A stretch of 63,707 nucleotides of DNA, the filler included, from Cercozoa sp. M6MM (lineage: Eukaryota; Protista; Endomyxa: Ascetosporea), in the NCBI GenBank assembly GCA_040357565.1. It is 8 parts of 8 records of this genome, joined end to end, with 100 filler letters (N's around TTAATTAATTAA, not from the genome) between each part and the next. Parts side by side here need not be neighbours in the genome. Positions count along the whole stretch, not along the records: positions 1 to 9,595 come from JBDODJ010000473.1; positions 9,696 to 37,751 come from JBDODJ010000141.1; 6 more parts are not named here. One strand, 5' to 3'. The translations under genes were made by a program, and so were the position numbers. Shown here in pieces: positions 1 to 11,802 of this stretch. The first letter of the stretch is position 1, and each line of letters starts with the position of its first letter. The notes under the pieces were generated by a model, which was not told the origin of the DNA, made no database searches, and saw only the letters and a program-made list of their open reading frames with translations.

Positions 1-39
<39 letters not shown>

Positions 40-41
<2 letters not shown>

Positions 42-2124
42 GCGGGGTAAAGACGCACATTGGTGAGGAAGCGCAGCGAATTCTTGAGGTTCGGATGCCG
101 GTGCGGGAACAGCAGTGCACTGCTCAAACAACCGTCCAGTCCAGTCAGGGTCCAGTCCCCAGTCCAGTCAGGGTCCAGTCCCCAGTCCAGTCAGGGTCCA
201 GTCCAGTCCACAGAGTAGCCAGAGAGAGATAGAGAGATGAGAAACGCACGTGTCAACGTTGCGCGTGTGCAGCCACTTGAGTGCAGTCAGGTCGTTCTCC
301 AGTCCGTGTCTACACAGTGCAGGGAAGAACCGTACCACGTGCGATCAGAGTGTGCGATCAGAGTGAGAGAGTGAGCACGTGCGCACCCGACTAGGACGGT
401 GCGACTGTTGCAGAAACGCGGCAGCAGGCGGCGCTGCACGTCGCGCAGTGTCGTGCTCACGTCGGCCAGCATGGCCTCCGTGATGCCGCTGTACCGCGTG
501 TGGTACTTCACCACGGCGTTGCTCGGCTTCACCAGCTCGTCCAGCAGCACCTCGCCTACCAGCGGAACGGTCAGTCAGAAGGGTCAAGGAGTCACAAGGC
601 TCCGCGCGGACCTACCCTGATCGGAGACGAGTGTGATGCGCGCCAACTCGTAGGCCTCGGCGGTCTGCACCATCTCGCAGTCCAGGCCGACCACGCGCTG
701 CACCGACGGCGATGCCACGGCCAGCTCGTCCAGCTGCGCGTCCGTCAGCCACGCCTGCGCCTGCGACTCGTCCTGCCAGAGTGACCACCCAGAGTGACCC
801 AGTGACCACCCAGTGACCCAGTGTCCAATGACCACATACTGATCTATCACCTTCGATCATACCTCTGGCAGGCACGTCGGGTACTCGTGCGTGGCACGCT
901 CCTCGTCCGACACGAGGATCTGCTCCCTACGCGAGAGGGGGGGGGGGTGAGGGGGGGGGGGGGGGGGGTAAGTGGCAGGGGGGGTAAACTCGCTTACCAC
1001 TTCAGCTTGAACTCGCTGTCGGATTTTTCATCTGGGGGGGGGGGGGTAAGATGGTGGGGGTAAGATGGTAGGGTAAGACGGTAGGGGGTAAGGGGGTAGG
1101 GGGTAAAGGGGGTACCAACAGGCAGCGGCGAACCGTCGCGCAGCTTGCGTTTCTTGGCCAACGGTTCCGCAACGACAGGCGCGACGGTTTCGGCCTTGGA
1201 ATCATCGACGCTACTAACGGCGCCGGTGCTGTTGGAGGCCTCACTTTCCGACACAATGGCTACACATTGATCCCGTCAAATACCCAGTCCATATTCCCGG
1301 TTCATATTCCCGGTCCATATGGACACAAACATACCAGGAATCGGCGGCTCTTCGTTCTTCGCCTTTTCCTTCATGCGACGCTTGCGCATTATCTGCATGG
1401 GTTGGGGATGGACTAAAGTGGGACTATAGAGTGCACACATACCTTGAAAGGAACGAACTCATCGCGCTGCTGCAGCGCCAGCAACTGACGCGTGGCTGCA
1501 GTCGCGACAAAACTGTAAGCAAACCACGGACCGCACCCTTAACAAAAAAACCATTGCGCCCGTCCATGCGCGAGGAGCCGTTCGACGTCGGGATCGCATG
1601 TGTGAAGATATCACACAAGTTGGGACACATGTCCTTGTCACTAACAAACACACACAAATTAATCAGTCAATCCACGCAACAATCAGCGGAAGTTAGAGCG
1701 GACAAGGCAGAATACCGCATCTGCAAAAACACATGCTGCGACAGTCCGTCGATCAGCAGGAACACCACACGTCGGAGTGAGGTCTGTACGAACACCCAAG
1801 TCAGTGTCTGGGCAGTGTCTGAGTTGTGCCTAAGGTACCCGGTTGTGCACCGTGGCAAATCGTGGCGACGTCGACAGTTCAAACGGCCACAGCACCAGCT
1901 GCTGCACGTGCCACTGCTTGAGCGACTTGGGCAGACAGCTGCGATGTGGTTTAATTGCAAGTTGCAGGTGCCAACGTTGCTAAACCACTGGCTACCTTTC
2001 CTGCAGCTCGACGCGAGCGCACTCACGCGCTTTCTTCTGCACCAAACCGAATAATCAAAGACCGTCAATTGAAATACAAAAAACAGAATGTGCTTTAACT
2101 CACCTCCTTGCGCTTCTTGCCCAT
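40..2124 (-). CDS. DEDDh RNA exonuclease, REX1/REXO5/SDN5 family; multi-exon, 3' end runs off window
   Basis: Spliced translation MGKKRKE...[21 protein letters not shown]...DIFTHAIPT...[50 protein letters not shown]...[29 protein letters not shown]. ExoI/ExoII motifs present; checked junctions are GT-AG. Confidence 0.9.
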
Positions 2125-2525
2125 CGAAAACACCACAGCACACTTTGGCGTCTTAACGCAGTAATTTTCTCGTGCCCTGCTGGGGGTTATTGAGCCGAAA
2201 TGGGGGTTTGGGCTCAAGACATGATCAATGAGCCGAGTGACGTGCCTCGTGCTTGCACAAGCTTCGATTCGCGTGTCGGATAGTTGTCTAACGTGCTGCA
2301 AGTTGCTCATACGGTAAGAGCTGCAATATATCACATGGAATCCGGGCTGGCTTTGTGCTTCCGCGCGGTTTGAGTTTTTTTCGCATTTTCCACATCGCCG
2401 CACAGCAAGTTTTCTCGACCGAGGCTGCATAAATGTGTTCACTGTGTGCTGTGCGTGAACTACTTCAGCGTAAACCCGCTGGAGCCGCTTTGTTGTTGAC
2501 TTGACTGACTTGACTTGAAAAAGAG

Positions 2526-4954
2526 ATGCTCGTCCGTGCCAGTCGTATCTCGCGTGTGGCTGCTCGCATGTCGAGGTGCTATGACTTGCAGTATCCCTGT
2601 GTGTTAAGGTAGCCACTGTATGTTTGTCTTTTTGCAGCGGCGCCGTGCCAGAGCTGACGTTCGACAAGTACCCTTTCCTGAAGGTAGCCGAAGTCTTTTT
2701 TGCTTTTTGGAATGTTCAGTTTTGGATTCGTGGGGTATCAACAGGAGCTTGACCTGGAGGCCTCGAACCTGGGTGGTTACGATGGTGCCTGGTTCGGTAC
2801 GGGCCCGACGCTGGTGGCGACGAACCCGGCGACGGGCGAGGCCATTGCCACTGTGCGTGGTGTCACTGTTGACGAGTACGAGCGCTGCATGGACGCCATG
2901 GACTCTGCCAAGGTGCTTTACCCCTACCCTTTACCCCCCCCCCCCGGCCCCACCTTACCTCTGTGTGTTCGGGCAGGCGCGCTGGGCGGAGCTGCCGGCG
3001 CCGCAGCGCGGCGAGATCGTGCGTCAGATGGGCGACGCTCTGCGCGAGAAGATCGAGCCGCTGGGCAAGCTGGTGTCGCTCGAGATGGGCAAGATCAAGG
3101 CCGAGGGCGTCGGCGAGGTGCAGGAGGCCGTCGATATCTGCGACTACGCCACCGGTCTGTCGCGCATGCTGAACGGTCAGGTCATTCCGTCCGAGCGGCC
3201 CGGTCACTTCATGATGGAACGGTGGGTCCACACACACGCTGGGGGGGGGGGGTGTTTATTAAGGGGGTGCCAGTGAAGGGTGTTTATTAAGGAGGTGTTA
3301 AGGCTGGTGCTGATTAAGGGTGTGTGGATCTGCACAGATGGAACCCGCTCAAGGGCCACGTCGGCATGATCACGGCCTTCAACTTCCCGGTCGCTGTGGC
3401 CTTCTGGAACTCGGCCCTGTCGCTCGTGGCCGGCAACTGCCAGGTTTGCCCCCCGGCCCCCCCCCCCCCCCCACCCCCCGCTCCGGTTTCACCCCCCCCC
3501 CCGAATGATCAGGTCTGGAAGGGCGCCGAGTCGGTGCCTCTGACGCAGGTGGCGTGCACCAAGATCATGGCGTCGGTGCTGGCCAAGCACGGCTTCGAGG
3601 GCGTTGCCACGCTGGCTGCTGGTGCCGGTGCCGAGGTCGGTGCCAAGATGGGTATCTTGCCTCTTGCCTACATTGTGCTGTGCTTGATATGTTTTTTGTA
3701 TTTATGTTATATTATTGTGTTATATGTTTATTTGTATGTTTAATCTGTATGTTTATTTTGTATGTTTAATCTGTATTTGTGAGTATTCACTGATCGATAT
3801 CATACGGTGCAGCCAGCGACCGTCGCATCGAGCTGCTGTCGTTCACGGGCAGCACCGAGGTCGGTCGCGAGGTGAACGCCACGGTGGCGCGTCGCTTCGG
3901 CAAGTCGATCATGGAGCTCGGCGGCAACAACGCCATGGTCGTCATGGACGACGCCGACATTGAGATGACGGTGCGCGCCGCGTTCTTCAGGTAGACCACG
4001 TGTCCCCAGTCCCATGTGTCCACTCAGTGTTGATCCCACTGTATTGATCCCACTGTACTGACCCACTGTACTGACCGCTGTGTGACTGGACAGTGCTGTC
4101 GGCACGTGCGGCCAGCGCTGCACGTCGCTGCGTCGTCTCCTGGTGCACACGGCCGTGTACGACGACCTGCTCGAGCAGCTCAAGAAGGTGCGCGTTGGTT
4201 CTACCCCTACCCTTACCCTTACCCCTACCCCTGCCCCAGGCCTACTCGAACGTGGAGAGCCGCATGGGCAACCCGCTGGACGAGGACACGCTGGTGGGCC
4301 CGCTGCACAACGAGGCGGCCGTGCAGAAGTACCTGGCCTACATCGAGCGCATCAAGGCGACGCCGGGCGCGCGCGTCCTCTGCGGCGGCAAGCGTGTCGA
4401 GCGCGACGGCTTCTTCGTGGAGCCCACGATTGTCGAGATCGACGCCGACGCCGACGTCGTGCAGGAGGAGCTCTTCGCACCTGTGCTGTACCCGCGCTCT
4501 TTACCCCCTACCCCTGAACCCCCTAACCCCCTACCCCTACCCCTAGGTACGTGTCGCGTATCCACTCGCTGGAGGAGGGCATCGAAGTGAACAACTCGGT
4601 GCGTCAGGGCCTGTCGTCGGCCATCTTCACCAAGAGTCAGGAGAACATGTTCCGCTGGACCGGTATCCTGTCTACTGGCTCAGTCTCTTGTCCTATGTGT
4701 ACTGTACATGTTGTACCGTACTGTACAATCTTACATTTTGCACAGGCTCACAGGGCAGCGACTGCGGCATCGTGAACGTCAACATCGGCACCAGTGGCGC
4801 CGAGATCGGCGGCGCCTTTGGCGGCGAGAAGGACACCGGTGCCGGCGGTCGCGAGAGTGGCAGCGACGCCTGGAAGCAGTACTGCACGCGTCAGACCTGC
4901 ACCGTCAACTACACCTCGGAGCTCCCGCTGGCGCAGGGCATCACCTTCGAGTAA
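2526..4954 (+). CDS. ALDH7A1: Aldehyde dehydrogenase family 7 (antiquitin, alpha-aminoadipate semialdehyde dehydrogenase), 11 exons, N-terminal mitochondrial-type presequence
   Basis: [154 protein letters not shown]. Ten GT-AG introns restore the frame. Confidence 0.97.
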
Positions 4955-6459
4955 GGGCAATGCGGCACCCCCTTCACTCCCATTGTTCCCTGCCCATCGT
5001 AGTCGATCGACCGATCTCTCGTGTTTCGTTTTGTGTAACACATCGCATGTACACTGGCAAGTAGTACCGTACTTCAGAAACTACGGCAAACCGCAACCCG
5101 GAATCGAATGCCGCTTCGCTTCCGTTCACTGAGTTCTGCACATCGCTATCGGGAACCTCTGAGCACACGTCCTTGCAAGCTAGTACACGCACACACATAC
5201 ACACACGTACATATTTATATCTATATATGCTCCCACAACACCAACGATCCGAGTGGTCTGCTCGACCTGTCGGTGTCTGAGAGTGACATCCAGGTGTCTC
5301 GTACTGTTTTCTCAAGTGCCAGCCAGGCAGTTGACTCAATGCCAAGCTACAGTACTGTGAAACAGTGAATACTCAGGTGGTGGCTGTCCAAGAGGCGTTT
5401 ACACGCTTCCTGCATGTCTGATCTCTTGGGTGTCCTTACTATGACGTATGAGTCATCGGCGTCTCCGACACTGTGTGCAGTGGTTACTGCTCCTTTCATT
5501 TTATAGTTACGGGGGTGTCGTTTCAGCAAGCAAATTGATTTGAACGACACTCGAGAGATAAATGTGTGCAGTCACTAAGAAATTTGGACTACCTCGAACC
5601 AACGTCGCCAAAAGGGCAGCGACTCGTAAATGAGTCGCTGCTCTTTTAGCAGCAGCCGCTGCTCTTTTAACAGAAGCCGGCGCTGCGTCTCCTGTTCCTT
5701 GAACAGCAGCCGTTGCTACAAACACAAAATGACAGTGCCACCTCATGCACCGAAAGCAGCTCGTACCTCCTTCAGGGCGCCGAGGTACGTGTGTGCCCCG
5801 ATGCCAATCACCACGACGCCGGCGATCAATTTCAGCGGCTGCAAAGAGTGAGATCGTTTCTGAAAAAATGTTATGGGCGCAGGCACTGTACCATTTTCTT
5901 GGCGATAATTGCCGTCGCTTTCGCCAGCCCCGGAATGCCTGCATGAAAGAACAATTAATTAAATTTAAAAGGTCATGGATTTTCGGGTATCCCGATCAGA
6001 CCACCAGCAAAATAAATACAACTCAAAGCAAGGGCATCATGCCGCCCGGGTCAGGAAAGCGAAAAAATAATACTGACAGAAAATTGAAACGGCCAACAAG
6101 TGACCAACACGAAGTATCAGTCTAGAATACCCGGGCTTGTGCCGTGAAGAACTCCTTTACAGACACTCACGAGTGCGGTCCGCGCTGTGTCTGGTGGTAC
6201 AACTGTACGCACTGCAGTGCGCCAGGATGCAAAATTAAAGAAGTGACCAGAGTACGGTCCGCTGGGACGTGCTGCAAACTTCCCAACAGAATTAGTAGAT
6301 GTTTTTTTAGGAAGTTTAAAGGAGACAGCCACAGAACTGTGAACGGTATTGTCTTTTTCACAGTTCGGTCCCAGCCCGCGAGACAAATCGATAAAAATCT
6401 GAGAACCGAACGGCGAAGTTATCCAAGCTCGACTGCATCCAGGCTCGGAGAGATGTTGC

Positions 6460-8289
6460 TTATTTTTTAATGCGAGTCTGGAGATAGTTTCGTTCGGTCT
6501 CGAGTTCGATCAGTCGATTTTCGGTATCACGAAGCTCGTCTGTAGCTTCCAGCATTCTGTCGTAGATACGCTCGAGCCGCTTGCGAAGGGTCTCTGCTTC
6601 CTCTTCGGACTGCTCGATCAGTTTATCAACCTTTTCTAGCTTCGCAGCTGGGTCAGCCTTTGAGTCGATTTTGCGCTTGCCGCCACTGCCCTCCTTCACT
6701 CGTACCTCGACTGAAGAAGCCACTCGCGAGGACGACTGTGTTGACGTGCGGTAGGCTGATACTACCGACGTACCGGCGAGACCCCCACTTGAACCAACTC
6801 CGCAGATCCCGAGAAGGACGCGAGTGCAAATAATCGATATCTGCGAAAACAATGTTTTAGCTCACAGGATCAAGCTACCAAGAACTGAATGCTACCATGA
6901 AGAAATTGATCAAGATTGCCGTCAATGCGACATAAATTGAGAGTCCCTGTCGCATTTTGGACCACTTGTCGGCGTCGTCTGCTTCAAAGGTGCCGGTTCT
7001 CGTTTCAGCTACCAGGTGTTCGAGAAACATTGCTTCCATAATTGCAACGACGGGAATGGTAATCAGGCAAACTAGAGCGCTGGCGCCAAGTGTTTTCGAA
7101 ACGTTAAACCGGTGCGGTACTATAAACAATCCGCTTCGCTTCTTGAGATAAAACTTACTCTTGCTGTAAATTACAATGAACGAGGTACCGTGACGACACC
7201 GGATGGCCAAACGAAGAGCATAGAGCGCGACACAAACTGGCGCAATCAACTGGATCACGAAAATCGTCGGAAGAGCTAGATTGTGATCTCCTTCGCATTT
7301 TTGTGTGAACGTGGACTTGTGATGCATGGGCAAAGCAGCTTTTACGACGACGGCATACACAGCACACACTACAGATATCACGAAAGCATATCCAAGAAGT
7401 CGAGCCAGTCGAAGCTTGATCTTTTTAAGCTTTTTGGCGTTGTAAATCTTGTCTAAGTTTGTGTGCACGGTGAGCCGTGAGTGTCGCAAACAATAGAATG
7501 ACGTGGGTAAATTTTTTTTTATCGTACCAAGCTGGTAGAGTTTCATGGCTGCGGCTGCCATCGCCATGCTTAGACCTGTACTCGCCTAAGGACAGCGAGG
7601 AAGGGTAAGCTACTGTAAGCACAACTTTATCGAATACTGGAGCATGGAAAGTTAAAGACCCACAAGTGTGTTGGCGGTTCCACATGGGACATCTTTTTGG
7701 CTTTTGATGATGCCAAATGATGCCGTGAGACTGTCTTAATACCTTGGCTGCACAAAACAAGAAAGGCACCAGATCAAGCGTCTTTACATGAGACCGGCGT
7801 TGCTGAAGTGCAGTAGCCAGGGTTGTCCTGCGAAAAACAGCGCACGGTAGTTTCAGGAACGTACAAATGTATACTGAGATCGATAAGAGCACGTAAGTGT
7901 ACTGTACGGTTGCTACGAAGCAGCATCAATAGAAGCGACGAGACCGCACAGAGCGATACAGCGACTATGGCTATTGATTGCATTTCTTGCTTCTGGGTCG
8001 AAGAAAGCTCGAACGGATTCGGGCAGATCGGTTGAGGGTATCCTGTTTTGAAAAGGGAAATACATTGCGACGGTCAGTCATCGCGCAATATAGGTGCCCA
8101 TGCAGTACCAAAATCTGAACACCGCAAGCACTCTTTGGCGCCAGTTTCATTGGCAAATCGCACCAAAGGAATGCTAAAGCCGTCGTAGACAATTTTGTCA
8201 TCAGGTGATGAGCAGGTTTCACAGAGGTCCGTCGACACAGTACCCGAAGCCGAGTTTAAGGGACAGAGTGCACATCCTGAGCAGGTCAC
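6460..8289 (-). pseudogene. Decayed multi-pass membrane protein, possibly a Frizzled/Smoothened-like 7TM receptor
   Basis: Collinear minus-strand ORFs broken by stops and frame changes: Cys-rich segment, CPNPF then a hydrophobic helix, RLARLLGYAFVISVVCAVY, further TM helices and a coiled-coil tail. Lower GC than neighbouring genes; no clear intron pattern. Confidence 0.4.
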
Positions 8290-8740
8290 GATTTAATGAA
8301 GTAAATTAAGTTTATAAATTTAGCACAAGTAAATTCCCTATACCCCTGCCTCTTGGTTCACTTCCTTTTGGACAAGTGGGAGTTTGCACACCGCAAGTAG
8401 ACCATTCGAAGGAATATTCATCTTGTAGCCACTGAGCTGTTGTTGTGTTTCCATCTGTGTACGAGACTGGCGTTTGAAACCACAGTTTTCTGCAACACAA
8501 ACATCTCAGTTGCAGTTCGCAGGTGCTTGAACGGAAGTTCCCTTCGACTGTGCAGCATGAAGGTCGGTGTGATAAATTTAAATGTACCGGCACCCTTGAG
8601 TGCAAGCACACCCCAATTTGTCATTGATGCAGCTGCTGTTTCCAAACCTATGATCACAGAACATATATTGACCACTCCTCAACTAATCCGTTTCAGCTAT
8701 AAATTTACGGTCCTTGTCGGTAGTTCTACAGTCAAGTCAA

Positions 8741-8810
8741 TATAAATATAAATTTTATATATAAAATTTATATAAATTTTATATATACAAATTTATATAT
8801 AAATTTATAG
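8741..8810. repeat. AT-rich palindromic repeat
   Basis: Perfect 28-nt palindrome ATATAAATTTTATATATAAAATTTATAT at 8746-8773 and 18-nt palindrome at 8789-8806. Confidence 0.9.
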
Positions 8811-9391
8811 ATATAGCGAGGAAACAGTTTTTATCTTTACCTCGACTTGGACAATTCCATGACTGTCTGTTTTGACCAAAAGAGTGTATTTTTTTAACGA
8901 AGAAGGCATGAGGAGAAAAGTCGCAACTCACACACAGCGTCTCGAAAATCGTTTCTTGTTGGGACATTTCCATCGGTGTCATCCAGTAAGGTGACGACCT
9001 CGCTGAGAAGTTTTACAGCAGATGGGTAAATTGATGTACTGGTTGGATATAAATTTAAATGAAAGCACAGTTAGCTGCGAGTGGGAGAAGGTTAGTAAAT
9101 GTTGACAGGTTTACCTGACAAAACTCGCCACCAGCCACTACAATTAATTTAATCAGTGTATTTCGGATGAAACCGATATCGTTGATACACCTTGCCGACA
9201 GTACCATATCAAAGACTAGCTCAATCAGCGGAAGCCCAACTCTGCAGCGCACAACGGTGCCAACAACAAATCTTCAAAAGAACAGCGTCATCTTACATTG
9301 TGGCCTGCTGGGCGAAGCGCGTGTAAACCGTACCCAATCGATCGTCTCCTGGGGTGTAGCTGACCTGTATACCACAACCACAGCCAAAAGT

Positions 9392-9840
<449 letters not shown>

Positions 9841-9867
9841 CTATACTATCGCGCTCTTGTTGGCAGG

Positions 9868-10079
9868 ACGAGAAAGTGCCTCTCCAGGTCGACGTGGTGG
9901 CTCCGCGGCCGAGTCAGTTCCCGGGCGACCGCGGCGTGCGCAGTGTGTACGCTCAGTACTCGACGGTCGAGGCGGCTAAAGCCACCAAGCAGCGACTGCA
10001 AGGACGACATTTTGACGCGCGTCTCGTCAACATCCACTTCTACCCGGATGAGCGGTTTGCTGCTAAGGACTTTGAGTGA
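9868..10079 (+). CDS. Last exon of a UHM-type RRM splicing factor (U2AF65/SPF45/RBM39-like); 5' part missing
   Basis: ggcag|DEKVPLQVDVVAPRPSQFPGDRGVRSVYAQYSTVEAAKATKQRLQGRHFDARLVNIHFYPDERFAAKDFE*; L-x-GR-x-F UHM motif. Confidence 0.75.
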
Positions 10080-10416
10080 GCCGTCGCCCGCGACGAAAGT
10101 ACTGAACCAACGCAACAAGCTCTTGTACAGTCTTGTACTGCACTGTAGTTCGAGATTTTATCCGGCTGGCTTCAGTACCGTACTGACAGATCAATGGTCA
10201 GGTGATCGCTGGTCACTATTACTTGGAGTGATCACGAAACGGTCTAACTGCTCGTCCTATTGACGCTCGCTCATCATTCCGGCGCTGATTGTCTACCGAG
10301 TGCGTGCCTGGACAGACTTTCCTCACGCACGATTGTGAAACACTTGGTGCGTTCTGTCTTTCCCAAAGAATTCTATCGACTGTGGCTGTTGGGTGTGCAG
10401 TGAAAGAACAACGAAC

Positions 10417-10706
10417 ATGAAGCTTCTTCTGGCCGCTATCGCTTCTCTTTGCGTCGTGTCGCAGGTGCCAAACTTCTAGTAACTGCACTTAAAAACGTGC
10501 ATCACAAACGTCTGGCTTGTTGTAGGCACTTCCGGAGTCGCGCCTGGACCGCCTGCGTCTTCAGATCGAAGAGATCCGCGCCCGCGAGACCGAGCTGCGT
10601 GAGGATTTGCGCCTTGCTGTCGATTTCGAGCGCCAGCTTGAGGTGGAGCCGGACGAGGAAGTATCGGCTTCTGCGCACCTCAACAAATACGGTAGGTCTC
10701 TGCAAA

Positions 10707-10770
<64 letters not shown>

Positions 10771-10824
10771 CATGTATCCATAGGTAACTGGTGCGTGACC
10801 CCGTGCTGTCGCGCCGTTTGTTAG
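10417..10824 (+). CDS. Small secreted prepro-peptide (~84 aa) with Cys-rich C-terminus; not in the ORF track
   Basis: Exons 10417-10464, 10526-10691, 10784-10824 with phase-compatible GT-AG introns: MKLLLAAIASLCVVSQA-LPESRLDRLRLQIEEIRARETELREDLRLAVDFERQLEVEPDEEVSASAHLNKY-GNWCVTPCCRAVC*. Confidence 0.65.
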
Positions 10825-11802
10825 AAGCCAATGCAACTTAGAAAAATTATGCTAGGAGAAAATTGCTTTACCGTTGAAACCAGCCATAACCGCTGTCCCC
10901 GAGAATAGTTTCGTAATTACAGCATGATCTGACAGTATCCGCGCGGAAGCCATTTTAACTCAAGAGAGGTGTGGAAGATTTTGACGTGTGTTCACTGGTA
11001 TCCTGACCTCTGAGAGCTTCAGTTTAGACTGGTGGAACACCTGTGTTTGAGTAGGGAAGCCTAGAGCAAGCTTTTGCAGCTGAACTCAATAAAGGGCTCT
11101 CTCGGCCAGGTGGTAATCTGATCTCTCTAGGACCAGTTGTCTCCGCTTCTACCTGTCCTCTGCCTTTCCAGAGGCCCCTTTTTCTTCTTTCCTCTTCTTT
11201 ACTTCATGCCAACTCAAGTACTTCCGAATCCTCACTACTCAGTTCTGGTGACGCCTTTCCGTCTCAAAAACCCTTTAACTGACTGTCTTTTCTCAATTTA
11301 CAGTAAAAACATCTGACGGGTGACTTCCCCGTCCACCAGTGCTTTGCCGCCCAACTGAACAGTTGGGGTTTTTGTATCACTGGCAAAGTACCGGCGGTGG
11401 TCGGTGTCATCCGATCGCACGCTGCCTGAAGTGGTTATTATCCAACCGAAAAGTAATTAGTATGCCAGACCTGCTAAACCACGCTCACAACCAGGAACTA
11501 CCGTTGCAACCACCAGAAATGCCGTTCTGTGCCAGGTGCATGCACCAATTTCCAAGGAGAGACTACAAAATACACAACCTTAGGAGCGAGGACGACGAAA
11601 GTGCTGCCATACCGAGATGTGCGATTAAATAAATAGACGGCGAAAATTTCGAATTGGGGATAGGTCAAAGAGATCTGAGCTGACTTAGATGTAGGCTGAC
11701 TTAACTGAAAGCGAAACGGATATGTTTCCAGTTCCCGATAATAAACGCACCAAGAGCCGATACCGGTACCCCTTAGACAGTAACTATCGTTAGCAGCTGA
11801 AT

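Noticed and set aside
134-209. Short direct repeats as a CRISPR array
   Set aside because: No unique spacers, no cas genes, and the repeat sits inside a spliceosomal intron.
5000-6450. Cys-rich short ORFs as a transposase remnant (similar unexplained lower-GC stretches at 10900-11780, 52200-53200 and 60400-61100)
   Set aside because: No recognisable DDE/RT motif, TIRs or TSDs by eye; left unannotated pending a repeat search.
7774-8076. In-frame TGA codons as evidence of a recoded genetic code
   Set aside because: TGA is the terminal stop of intact genes (UHM, TMEM87, FolC), Trp is TGG in conserved positions, and the same region also has TAG/TAA and frame changes. Decay is the simpler explanation.
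10502-10887. Minus-strand ORF 10502-10831 as the real gene
   Set aside because: The + strand gives a signal peptide, coherent splice phases and TG-oriented introns; the minus ORF is its antisense shadow.
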